IMG/VR virus record: IMGVR_UViG_3300042924_003416
Coordinates: 21,774-85,773 of that record
Origin: a virus
DNA length: 64,000 nucleotides
Strand: one strand, 5' to 3'
Position 1 is the stretch's first letter. Every line of letters begins with the position of its first letter. This document shows positions 10,001-18,865 of the stretch, piece by piece. Below the pieces are notes generated by a model. That model worked only from the letters and a program-made list of their open reading frames with translations, was not told the DNA's origin and did no database searches. The position numbers and the translations under genes were made by a program.

Positions 10001-12127
10001 GCAGAAAATGATAATATGCAAACAGCACAATATGGTGGTGTTAAAGAAGATAGTATACCAAATTGGTATAGAGGTTATCAATCTATGATGACTCCTGCAC
10101 AATATAAAAAACTGTACAAACAGTTACGTAGAATGATACCTAAAGGTGTAGATATTTCAAAAGCTAATATTGCATCTAACTTTTTTGATAGGGGAACAAC
10201 TTTACCACCATATGGTCATGTTATGACATATCCTCAATATGATGATATGATGAATAGAATGACTATGCCAATGATGATAGATCCAAATACTTTTGGATTT
10301 AGAGGTACTAGTATTCCTTCACAACTTCAAGCAGAAGATGCAGTAAATAAAAATAATCAAAAAGGTACACAATTTTTACCTGAACTATCTCCTGACTTTA
10401 TTGATTCACCATTAACACCTGAATTAAAAGGTCAAGATTTTTTACAGTTTTATGAAGACTATCCAACTCAACTTCAACAAAAAGATTTTTTTCCATTTGT
10501 TGATTATCCTGCAGTTGCTGAACATGGTGGGTTTGTAGATACTGATGCTGAAGAACCTTTATATAAGTTTATATATGGTGGTGATGAACCAGAATATTAT
10601 GAACAGTATGGTTTACCAGAAGCACAGTACGGTGCTGATGTTTCTGGTATTTATGACTATATTGATGGTCTTCAGAAGAATGCTAAGAATAATGATCCTG
10701 ATCCTAATCCTAAAGAAAATGAAGATAAGAAAGATGATCAAGATATAATTGAATGTGGACCAGGAACAGTATGGAGTAAAACATATCAATCTTGTATTCC
10801 TAGATCTAAAGTAACATATAATCAAAGACAAGTAAGAAGAAGTCCTGGATTCTTTAATACTATGTTACCTTGGAATGCACCATTTGGTTATGCCGGTTCA
10901 TGGACAAAACAGATGTCTTTACCATATTATTTAGGAAGTAAAGATCCTTATAAAGGTCAATTAACAGGAGCTCCTGTTGCTAGATACGTAACTAAAAAAG
11001 GTATTTTAGGTAGACCTAAAAAATGGATAGACATTTACAATACTGGCAGCGGTTCTGGTAGCATAAATCCTATAGAGTTAGAAAAACTGATGGAACAAAA
11101 CAGAAGAGGTTCCAATAGAAACATGAATAAAAATCAGTTTAATAATCCTTCAGAAGATAGAGTAAGTGGTAGAGATCAGTTAGAAAGTGATCTTAAAAAG
11201 AGAATGGGTTATTCAGATGAAGAGTGGGAAAGCACTAGTGAAAAAGATAAGAGAAGAGAGATAAGAGCTGAGAGATATAACCAAGGTAAAGGTTTAAGAT
11301 ATAAGACTAATGAAGCTTATGAAAATCTTAAAGATTCTGCATTAGGTAATACTGCTAAATTTTATGGAAACATAGGTAAAAAAGTAAAAAACTTTCTTAC
11401 TAGAAAAGATTATGGTGGTGCTGGTGGATGGGATCCTTTTGCATTAGGTAGTGGATTAAGTACTGGTGTTGGTCAAAACATGTCTGCATTTGCACCTTAT
11501 TCACAACAACAACAATTTGAGAATAGTTTGTTTGGTACTAAAGGTCCTTCTGCAGCTCCTAAACCACAACAGAATCCTCTTGCTAATGTTAATTTTGGTA
11601 CGGGCTCTTATGCTGAGACTGCAAATACTGGACATACATTAGGTGCACAAGGTCAAGAAATTATTCCACAAAAAGAACCAGAAGCACCTGAAAATGAATA
11701 TGTAGGTGTTGAAAACAAAAGAAAAGATATGCAAAATGTAGATCCTGAAGCAGGAGTAAATGTTACTAATGCAGCTATCAGAGGTGGTTTAGGAGTACTA
11801 AGTAGAATGCAGAATGCAGGAAGAGAAAGAAATTTCTTATTAGATACTGTTGATCCAATGAACTTATATGCATCTGCAAATGAAACTGACAGAGGTGACT
11901 GGCAAGACTTTGGTTCTAAATCTGGTATGTTAAGATATGATCAAGAAGGACAAGACAGAAGTAGTAGAGCTACCTATGGTAATTATGCTAATGCAGCATA
12001 TGGTGGATACATGCAAGAGGGTGGATTCTATGAAGAACCATACTTTGAAGAAGACGAAGAAGTATATATGACTCCAGATGAATTAGAACAATTTTTACAA
12101 GCCGGAGGACAAGTTGAATATTTATAA
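7076..12127 (+). CDS. Large virion polyprotein-like protein (1683 aa) with acidic region and many YGG/QxGG motifs
   Basis: Long ORF with more than 10 copies of xxGG/AQxG motifs, Cys-rich mini-motifs and an E/D-rich tract. Confidence 0.7.
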   Translation: MKKSVRIRKALPGEKPGYYNKTAKFLQKAQMGMQVGSPSMDPQRLNKVYENVYISLKQSTPPDVVYNELVTEYALDQDTSLSILRAALGQLSQEGYFDESELEGESTSQSEEETQEEDTSAQEEQQASDDAEQQQLAESSEGYYDDEEALNNDTSHLEDEQYEQQEAFRYGGYWQDGGESEEVYDESEYQDEENYSDESDTRENVVDQYNYPGQSTMEKPFSIEDLMAITPGMQGQEAFPDISAYLGDYQPVADSYQPENYLPQAQYGTIIKAAKAAADALKVDPPILRQPFTNLSTLRKYIPISTLTGEAVTKLPLIGSKLAPKLATTFTQNRDELFKVMQGQSPKTGIFSQTGSYAGGADGSLSADRLLLYQDDVFNIIDQIENGGRSAFQFMDIDPVAKNDGLISGLYPLDSKIVSGVDDNGFKFFELNKTFTPGEKLPFGTLPSKAKEVTFKNRFYYKTDEAGQVQVFDSLGNPLSQGAQTKFEVARPFGTTVSRTLTDPILRNSNTPFPSFRTGYEGGRLTETMGEKPMTFADMGVRGKIGRGLETFGFTGLNLPFRTGADAIQKVDYPVFGYTNKALGPNVIDPATEGSYAKDIANAMNYKYRVGRNTLLGLGALGALGYTGYNAYNKCQCEDPLAPNYQMKDKYDNCPCGTDVGSRRTLDPTANPFTEQVDPRSLTMPDSMQFLIQKGIYPSAENYYRYQDSNVVNPNMENSIPADDFAYGGALPRAQKGRIIKGVAKTMKTLKAQPTPKGVTIPKNMSDIPIPKYNVKGMDARKAFEDDLRLDQDFIDFQNNDQFLQYSPGFQTNQQRLDSEPLRDFFKYVTGYSDPLEIKQFLNTPGITKYNKFGVPFATRDFKMMQTPFEDPFNLLDDGFNIPPYQKGGISKNQFIKKFTSMYQEGGEKDPKDPSLGKGKRFDTLTNDVEARKDIFKSKLKNNSNVALTEEIYKNAQSNPQILSMLMQDGQKENLAENDNMQTAQYGGVKEDSIPNWYRGYQSMMTPAQYKKLYKQLRRMIPKGVDISKANIASNFFDRGTTLPPYGHVMTYPQYDDMMNRMTMPMMIDPNTFGFRGTSIPSQLQAEDAVNKNNQKGTQFLPELSPDFIDSPLTPELKGQDFLQFYEDYPTQLQQKDFFPFVDYPAVAEHGGFVDTDAEEPLYKFIYGGDEPEYYEQYGLPEAQYGADVSGIYDYIDGLQKNAKNNDPDPNPKENEDKKDDQDIIECGPGTVWSKTYQSCIPRSKVTYNQRQVRRSPGFFNTMLPWNAPFGYAGSWTKQMSLPYYLGSKDPYKGQLTGAPVARYVTKKGILGRPKKWIDIYNTGSGSGSINPIELEKLMEQNRRGSNRNMNKNQFNNPSEDRVSGRDQLESDLKKRMGYSDEEWESTSEKDKRREIRAERYNQGKGLRYKTNEAYENLKDSALGNTAKFYGNIGKKVKNFLTRKDYGGAGGWDPFALGSGLSTGVGQNMSAFAPYSQQQQFENSLFGTKGPSAAPKPQQNPLANVNFGTGSYAETANTGHTLGAQGQEIIPQKEPEAPENEYVGVENKRKDMQNVDPEAGVNVTNAAIRGGLGVLSRMQNAGRERNFLLDTVDPMNLYASANETDRGDWQDFGSKSGMLRYDQEGQDRSSRATYGNYANAAYGGYMQEGGFYEEPYFEEDEEVYMTPDELEQFLQAGGQVEYL

Positions 12128-12135
12128 CAATACCA

Positions 12136-15100
12136 ATGATAAAAGTTAGAATTAAAAAAGTACCTAAAGCAAGAACTGGATACCAAGTTCAAGGAGCATT
12201 AGTTAATGATGTACCTGCAATGGGAGGTATGGACTACAATGCTTATATAGGTAAAGAAAAACTTAAGGAAAGTAAGTACATCACCGCTGTCCCTAGAGAA
12301 GAAGCAAATCTTGAAGCAGAGGGAGGTGAAACAGTATATGGAGACATCAATGGTGATGGAATGCCAGAACATAAAATCATCAAAGGACCAAGACATGCTC
12401 AAGGTGGAGTTCCTCTAAGTCTTCCTGAAGATACTTTTATCTTTAGTGATACCAGAGCTATGAGGATAAAAGATCCTGAGATACTTACTATGTTTGGTAA
12501 AGGTGGTGCAAATAAATCTTTTACACCTGCAGAACTTGCTAAACAATATGATGTACAGAAATATAGAAAACTTTTAGAAGATCCTGATACAGATGCAATA
12601 GAAAGAAAGACTGCTGAGTTGATGATCAAAAAGTATGTTATAAAACTTGGTTGTCTTGCTCTTACACAAGAGTCTATGAAAGGATTCCCTCAAGGAATTC
12701 CTGCCGTAGCAAAACCTTGTATGGAAGCTAAAGGTCTTACAGAACAAGATATATTACCAAGTAAAGAAATACAAGGTCTAAATGAACAGTTGAAGCAACA
12801 AATGCAACAACAAGAAGGAGGAGATGAAAATCAAGTTCAAGAGGCTGTTGACATGAATGAAGGAAATCCTGTTGCTGAACCTACACAACAAGAACCTCAA
12901 GGTGAAATGCCTCCATCTCCAGAAGAAATGATGATGTATGGTGGTCATAGAAGATTAAGAAGAGGTCAAATGGGAATGGAACAAGTTCCACAAGAAATGA
13001 TGGAGCCTCAACAAGAACAAGGAGGAGGAGATGAGATGATGGAAATTGTTCAAGAAGTTCAATCTGCTTTAGAAAGAGGTGCTGACCCTTCTGAAGTTGT
13101 TATGAATTTATTAGAGAATAATGTTCCTCCACAAGCAATAGTAGAAATCTTTGCTCAATTGGGTGCAGATCCACAACAAGCTGCTGGTCTTGTAGAACAA
13201 GTAATAAGTCAAGCTCAAGGTGGTGGTCAAGAACAAATGATGCAAGAACAACCTATGTCAGAAGAAGAAGCAATGATGATGCAACAACAACAGATGCAAC
13301 AACAAGCTCCTCCAATGGCAATGTATGGGATGACTATGGGTGGTTATGATATGCCTTTTTTTGACATACCTCAAGCTGAATATGGAATGTCTATGGGTTC
13401 TGGTATGTCTCAAAACTATCAGGGAAGACCTAAAAGAATTCCTGGATCAGGTCCTATGTTTCCATTAACAAGAGCAGACAATGGTATTGTGGTTGATGGT
13501 AGTAATATGACAGAAGAACAACTACAAAGAGCAATTTGGAATGAACAACAAAAAGCACTTAAAGATTGGAAAGATAAAAATCCCGGTAAAGATCCAAAAA
13601 CATCTGGTTATAAAGAACCACAAATTAATGTAAAACGTAAAGATGCATCAGGTAAAGTTATAACTTCAAAGTTAAAATCATCAGGATTTATTATTCCTGA
13701 AGGTAAAGATATTAGTGATTTAAAAGGTTTTCCTGATACACCAAGAGGGAGAACTGTTGCTGCACAGTATATGTTAATTGAAGATAACTTAAAAAATCCT
13801 ATAGTTCAAGCTGAGATTATTAAAAATACTAAAGAAGCAATTGAAAATCCTGATGCTTGGACAGGTAAAGGTGGTAAAAGAAATGCAAATAACACATGGT
13901 CTAAAAAATATGGATCTTTACCAGATGACGAAGAAATTATAAAACAAGCATTAAATCATCAAAAAAGAAATTTAATGTTTGAAGCTAATGAAGTAGATCC
14001 TCAATTATTTACAGATGTTGGTGATGCTTTAGATAAAGCAAGTACAGTTGTATCTGAAAAATATATAAATCCTAAAACAGGAAAACCCTATACTTTAAAA
14101 GAAGCCCAATCTGAATTAAAAAGATTAACTGATAAGGGATACACAAGTATAGCAAAGATGTCAGAGAAACTTAAAGTTCCTTTAGATCCTTTAGGAAAAG
14201 ATCGAGTTTTACAACAAGCTACAATGCATTCATATGCAAAGTCTTATCAAAATTTTCAAAAAGGTGACTATGATTCTAATCCAGATGCTAAATATGCTAT
14301 GGATAATTTTTTAGGTAATGTAAGTTTAGTACATGCCGGAGCAAATGATGAAACCTCAATGGGTGCTTTATATGGTACAATTGGTAATAAAATATCACCT
14401 CTTGATGATAAATATAATTATGCTAATAATAACTGGTATGATTTTGCAAATAGTTCAAAAGGAGATAGTAGATTTACAACTTATGGTGATACAAGTGCTG
14501 GTCATAGATATATGGTTGGTAAAAGAAATTATGAATTTGAAGATTTACCACCCGAAGTAGATCCAAATTGTCAATGTGCAGATCCTAATAAACCTAACTA
14601 TGGTCAGTATAAAGATGCTAATGGAAATTGTAGTTGTACTCCTCCAGATGTTCCAAAAGATAAACCAAAGAATTGCCCATGTAGAAAGTCTGATGGAACA
14701 GAAATAAACATGACTCCTGATAAAGATGGTAACTGTCCTCCTTGTACAGAAGAACAAACTATTGAAACTCCTGCACCTCCTGCTGAATGGTGGTTACAAG
14801 ATACTATTAAAACTACTGGTGCATTTGGAGACTTAATGGGTATTAAAAAATATATGCCGTGGGCACCAGGAGTTGAACTTGGAACACCAAGACCAACTTT
14901 TATGGATCCTACAAGAGAACTTGCTGCTAATGCAGAACAAGCAAACATCCAAACCCAAGGTATGGCACAGTTTGCAGGACCTCAAGCATTGTCTGCAAGA
15001 TCATCTGGTATACAAGGTCAAGCTGCTAAGAATGCTGCTGATGTACTTGCTAAGTATAATAATGCTAATGTTAATGTTGCAAATCAATTTGAAATGAAAG

Positions 15101-15609
15101 CAAATGACATTAGAAATCAAGAGAGTATGTTAAAACAAGCAACTGCTCAAAGAGTCTATGATCAGAATACAGTTGCTAACCAACAGTTTGATAATGCTAA
15201 GTTGGCAATGAGAAATCAGTTAAGAAACTACTATACTAATGCAATTACTAACAGATGGAAAACAGATGCTCTTAATCAAATGTTCCCTAACTATGCTGTA
15301 TCTGCTGGAGTAGGTGGAAGAATGGATTATAGACCTTCAGAAAGAACTCCTAACCCAACACAGACTACAGGTAAAACTAGAGAAGAGTGGTTCATGTGGT
15401 GTAAAAACAATGGAGATCCTAATCCTTCTGCATGTGCTCAAAGAATGATGGATAATAAAGGAAGTTCAAGTAGTAGCAGTGATGGGGCAGATGCAAACAT
15501 GATTAAAACTATGTATGGTCAATATGGTGGGGCTATGTATCCAGATGATGATTTTTATGAAGATGGAGGATATGTACATGTTAATTCATGGCTACCATTT
15601 ATAATGTAA
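12136..15609 (+). CDS. Virion/cargo protein (1157 aa) with EAEGGE...GPRHAQGG domain, Met/Gln-rich linker and Cys-rich repeats
   Basis: Long ORF; NLEAEGGETV...GPRHAQGGVP...FIFSD motif that I recall from crAss-like structural modules; Gln/Asn/Ala-rich C-terminal helix. Confidence 0.65.
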   Translation: MIKVRIKKVPKARTGYQVQGALVNDVPAMGGMDYNAYIGKEKLKESKYITAVPREEANLEAEGGETVYGDINGDGMPEHKIIKGPRHAQGGVPLSLPEDTFIFSDTRAMRIKDPEILTMFGKGGANKSFTPAELAKQYDVQKYRKLLEDPDTDAIERKTAELMIKKYVIKLGCLALTQESMKGFPQGIPAVAKPCMEAKGLTEQDILPSKEIQGLNEQLKQQMQQQEGGDENQVQEAVDMNEGNPVAEPTQQEPQGEMPPSPEEMMMYGGHRRLRRGQMGMEQVPQEMMEPQQEQGGGDEMMEIVQEVQSALERGADPSEVVMNLLENNVPPQAIVEIFAQLGADPQQAAGLVEQVISQAQGGGQEQMMQEQPMSEEEAMMMQQQQMQQQAPPMAMYGMTMGGYDMPFFDIPQAEYGMSMGSGMSQNYQGRPKRIPGSGPMFPLTRADNGIVVDGSNMTEEQLQRAIWNEQQKALKDWKDKNPGKDPKTSGYKEPQINVKRKDASGKVITSKLKSSGFIIPEGKDISDLKGFPDTPRGRTVAAQYMLIEDNLKNPIVQAEIIKNTKEAIENPDAWTGKGGKRNANNTWSKKYGSLPDDEEIIKQALNHQKRNLMFEANEVDPQLFTDVGDALDKASTVVSEKYINPKTGKPYTLKEAQSELKRLTDKGYTSIAKMSEKLKVPLDPLGKDRVLQQATMHSYAKSYQNFQKGDYDSNPDAKYAMDNFLGNVSLVHAGANDETSMGALYGTIGNKISPLDDKYNYANNNWYDFANSSKGDSRFTTYGDTSAGHRYMVGKRNYEFEDLPPEVDPNCQCADPNKPNYGQYKDANGNCSCTPPDVPKDKPKNCPCRKSDGTEINMTPDKDGNCPPCTEEQTIETPAPPAEWWLQDTIKTTGAFGDLMGIKKYMPWAPGVELGTPRPTFMDPTRELAANAEQANIQTQGMAQFAGPQALSARSSGIQGQAAKNAADVLAKYNNANVNVANQFEMKANDIRNQESMLKQATAQRVYDQNTVANQQFDNAKLAMRNQLRNYYTNAITNRWKTDALNQMFPNYAVSAGVGGRMDYRPSERTPNPTQTTGKTREEWFMWCKNNGDPNPSACAQRMMDNKGSSSSSSDGADANMIKTMYGQYGGAMYPDDDFYEDGGYVHVNSWLPFIM

Positions 15610-15631
15610 ACTTTACAAGTTTATTAAACTT
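15607..15631 (+). promoter_or_regulatory. Palindromic intergenic motif, copy 2 (candidate late promoter or operator)
   Basis: TAAACTTTACAAGTTTATTAAACTT, a near-identical copy of 7016-7034 upstream of the ejection-protein genes. Confidence 0.5.
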
Positions 15632-15665
15632 AAAAAATTTTAATAGTTTTACACAAACATAAATT

Positions 15666-18600
15666 ATGGCAACGTATTTACAAGGAGTCACAGATTATAT
15701 ACCAGATTATCAGCCGTTTCAGCCGGATTTAAATTTCTATTCTAATCTATTACAGGCTAAACAAAGTCAATATGATACTAATTGGAAACAATTAAATAAT
15801 CTTTATGGTCAATTATATGGTGCTGATTTAACTCATGATATGAATATCAAGAAGAAAGATGAACTATTAAAACAAATTGACTTTAATCTTAAAAGAGTAT
15901 CTGGGTTAGATCTTTCTCTAGAGCAGAATGTAGATCAAGCAACACAAGTATTTAGACCATTTTATGAAGATCAGTATCTTATGAAAGATATGGCTTGGAC
16001 TAAAAACTGGAAAAATACATATCAGTATGCTGAAGGTTTAAGAAAGTCACAAGATAAAAAACAAAGAGAACAGTGGTGGAAAGAAGGTGTTCAAGGTCTT
16101 GAGTTAAGAAGACAAATGTTTAAAGATGCAAATCTTGAAGAAACATTAGGAATGGCAAATGCTGAATATACACCCTTTGTCAATGCTGGTCAAACATACT
16201 TTGATCTTGCTAAAAAATATAATGTAGGAAAGATAGAGGAAAAACCTGATTCTTCTGGATTATATATGGTAAGAAAAAAGAATGGAGAACTTATTCTTCC
16301 TACATTACAAAATATGTTTTTAGCTGAATATGCAAATAATCCTGGAATACAGGACATGTATAGAGAAGCTGCTTTTGTAGAAAGGATGAACTATGCTTAT
16401 CAAAATAAAGATAAATTTGGTAGTGTACTTGAAGCAGAAAAAGATTACATTAAAACTAAGTATGATTATATTAAAAATTATGCTTCAAAAAATAATGCTA
16501 AAGCTCAAGATGAGTTAAGTGTTACTAAAAACTTACAAGGTTCATTAGAAGAAGATGTTAAAAAAGGAAATGTTAATCCTCAGCAACAATCTTATGCAGA
16601 ACAACTTCAAAGTCTTTTAGCAGTAAATAGTGCTGTAGCAGACAATGCTGAAAAAGTAAATAGTCAAATTAATGATAAACAAGCTACTACTACACAAAAA
16701 GGTTATGATGAAGATATACTATCTGATTTAGACTTAGCAAGATTAAAAGTTGATGCTGGATTTGCATCTATAAGAGCAGAACAAGATATACTAGGTGCTG
16801 CAAATAATTATGCAGATCTAAATAGTGAATTTATAGTTAAAGCAAATCCTGTTGGTCTTGAGTTCTTAAGACATAAACATGCTACTCAAAGACAAGCACA
16901 ATCAGCTAGAGATAGACAAGCAGAGATACAACAGAGACATGAGAATGCAATGTTTCAAAAAGCTGTTGATTATAATGTGAGTAGAAATTACTGGTCATTT
17001 GATGAGAATGGTAAATTAAATACTAACCCTCAAGCAAATGGATTTAATTCCACATTTACAACTCCAGATGGAACAAATACTGAAGGTAAATTTACTTTTG
17101 ATGCTTTGCAAAAAATGGCAAGAGAACAGTTAATTAAAAATAATGCTGCTGGTGGTGTTGATGCTTTAATGAAAATGATTCATGCAGGTGTTACTAGTAA
17201 TGGAGGTTCACAATTTACTGCAGCTCAATTAGCAAAAATGATAACTAAAATTAATCCTAGTGATCCTACTGCTAAAAGAATTCTTAAAGAAGGAAGTACT
17301 CCAGAGAATTTAAAACAAATTCAACAAGTATGGAATAATGTTTGGAATAGTTATAAAAAAGATCCTAATGGTTTCACAATGAGAACAGCAAGTTCAGGAC
17401 AAATTCATAATCTACATGAGGTTATGAAAAACTGGGCTGGTGCACATTCTGCTACATCATTAGCACAAGACTTTAGTAAGAATCAATCTTTAATTCAATT
17501 AGAGCAACTTGGAAGAGCTGACATGGCACTGAATGAAACACGTAATAAAAACTATGACAATATTAAAGCTAAGTTTTCACAAGACTTAAATTATATAGTT
17601 AAGAAAGTTAAAGAAAAAGATCCTAAAGCATATGCTAATGTAACAGATGCTAAAATAGAGCAAGCTGTTAATTTAATGATTAATAGATATGTTCTTGATG
17701 GTAAAGGTCATACAGAAGAGTTTAACAAAATTGCTCCTGAAATAGATAGACAGGTGTCAGCAATACTTGGATTTAATATTGGTAAAAGTACTAATCAAGC
17801 TTCAGAAGCTAAATGGTATAACTATGTGTTTCCTTTAACTAATATACCAAGAATTCTTGGTGACGGAAGAGAAACTGTAGAAGGTTCAGCATCATGGGTA
17901 GCTGATGTATTTGATCAATCTTTTGATGAACTTACAAATTTAGATCCTGATAATGGTGGTTTAACACCTTATTTTCCTAATATTAAAAAGTCAGGAGATG
18001 ATAATCAATATGGTCTTGCTACTGAAACAACAAATATAAAAGTTGCTCCAGGAGTTAATTGGGATCCAGGAAATCAATCTGCATCAGGTATGTTCTCTAC
18101 AATTTTAGGAACTCTTTGGGATCAAGATATAAATCAATATAGGATAACATTGGAAGGTAATCAATTACCAGCAGACGTAGAAGCTCCAACAGGTATTGAT
18201 AAATCTGAAGCACTTGCAATTGTAAGAGAACTTCAAGGAAGATTAAATACTGATGATAAACTAGAACCATTTTTTATAGGTGCAACATCTATGTCAATGG
18301 AAAGTGAAAAGCTAGGTTCTATGAAATTAATGGCACCAAGAGATGTTATTGAAAAAGTTATTAAAAGTATGGCTGGTGATGATGTTAAAGAATTAGATAT
18401 AAAAGCTAAAATAGATAATATTTATCAGAAAGGTATTACATTTATTGCTCCTAAACAAACTTGGGAAAGTAATAGATTATTTAACATGCAATTTGCTACT
18501 CCTACAGAAGCAGCATTAAGAGTTGGACCAATTAAATATGAGGATCCTAATGGTAACGGTAGATACAGAATTGAGAAAGTACCAGGTTCTGGAGACTATA

Positions 18601-18863
18601 TTGGTATAGTTGAATTAAATGAACTTAAACCTAATGGTGAGGTAAATGTCCTTACTAGACAGTGGGATGTAAATGTAAAAAGTGGAAAGACTATTGATTT
18701 AAAAGAACAAGAAAGTTTTAACATGATTCAAAGTGCAATTCCATTAAATCTTGATATGTTTAAAAGAATACATCAATCTGGAGATCCTGCTACATTAGAA
18801 AAGGCAACTAAAAATCTCGGACAAAGACCTAATAATCCTTTTTGGAACTATAATAAGAAATAA
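15666..18863 (+). CDS. Putative virion/ejection protein (1065 aa)
   Basis: N-terminus YQPFQPDLNFYSNLLQAKQSQYD resembles crAss-like internal virion proteins; no Cys seen; lies directly upstream of the giant-protein trio. Confidence 0.6.
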   Translation: MATYLQGVTDYIPDYQPFQPDLNFYSNLLQAKQSQYDTNWKQLNNLYGQLYGADLTHDMNIKKKDELLKQIDFNLKRVSGLDLSLEQNVDQATQVFRPFYEDQYLMKDMAWTKNWKNTYQYAEGLRKSQDKKQREQWWKEGVQGLELRRQMFKDANLEETLGMANAEYTPFVNAGQTYFDLAKKYNVGKIEEKPDSSGLYMVRKKNGELILPTLQNMFLAEYANNPGIQDMYREAAFVERMNYAYQNKDKFGSVLEAEKDYIKTKYDYIKNYASKNNAKAQDELSVTKNLQGSLEEDVKKGNVNPQQQSYAEQLQSLLAVNSAVADNAEKVNSQINDKQATTTQKGYDEDILSDLDLARLKVDAGFASIRAEQDILGAANNYADLNSEFIVKANPVGLEFLRHKHATQRQAQSARDRQAEIQQRHENAMFQKAVDYNVSRNYWSFDENGKLNTNPQANGFNSTFTTPDGTNTEGKFTFDALQKMAREQLIKNNAAGGVDALMKMIHAGVTSNGGSQFTAAQLAKMITKINPSDPTAKRILKEGSTPENLKQIQQVWNNVWNSYKKDPNGFTMRTASSGQIHNLHEVMKNWAGAHSATSLAQDFSKNQSLIQLEQLGRADMALNETRNKNYDNIKAKFSQDLNYIVKKVKEKDPKAYANVTDAKIEQAVNLMINRYVLDGKGHTEEFNKIAPEIDRQVSAILGFNIGKSTNQASEAKWYNYVFPLTNIPRILGDGRETVEGSASWVADVFDQSFDELTNLDPDNGGLTPYFPNIKKSGDDNQYGLATETTNIKVAPGVNWDPGNQSASGMFSTILGTLWDQDINQYRITLEGNQLPADVEAPTGIDKSEALAIVRELQGRLNTDDKLEPFFIGATSMSMESEKLGSMKLMAPRDVIEKVIKSMAGDDVKELDIKAKIDNIYQKGITFIAPKQTWESNRLFNMQFATPTEAALRVGPIKYEDPNGNGRYRIEKVPGSGDYIGIVELNELKPNGEVNVLTRQWDVNVKSGKTIDLKEQESFNMIQSAIPLNLDMFKRIHQSGDPATLEKATKNLGQRPNNPFWNYNKK

Positions 18864-18865
18864 AA

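Noticed and set aside
12780-13330. CAA/ATG-rich repetitive DNA
   Set aside because: Explained by a Gln/Met/Glu-rich protein linker; no regular repeat-spacer structure.
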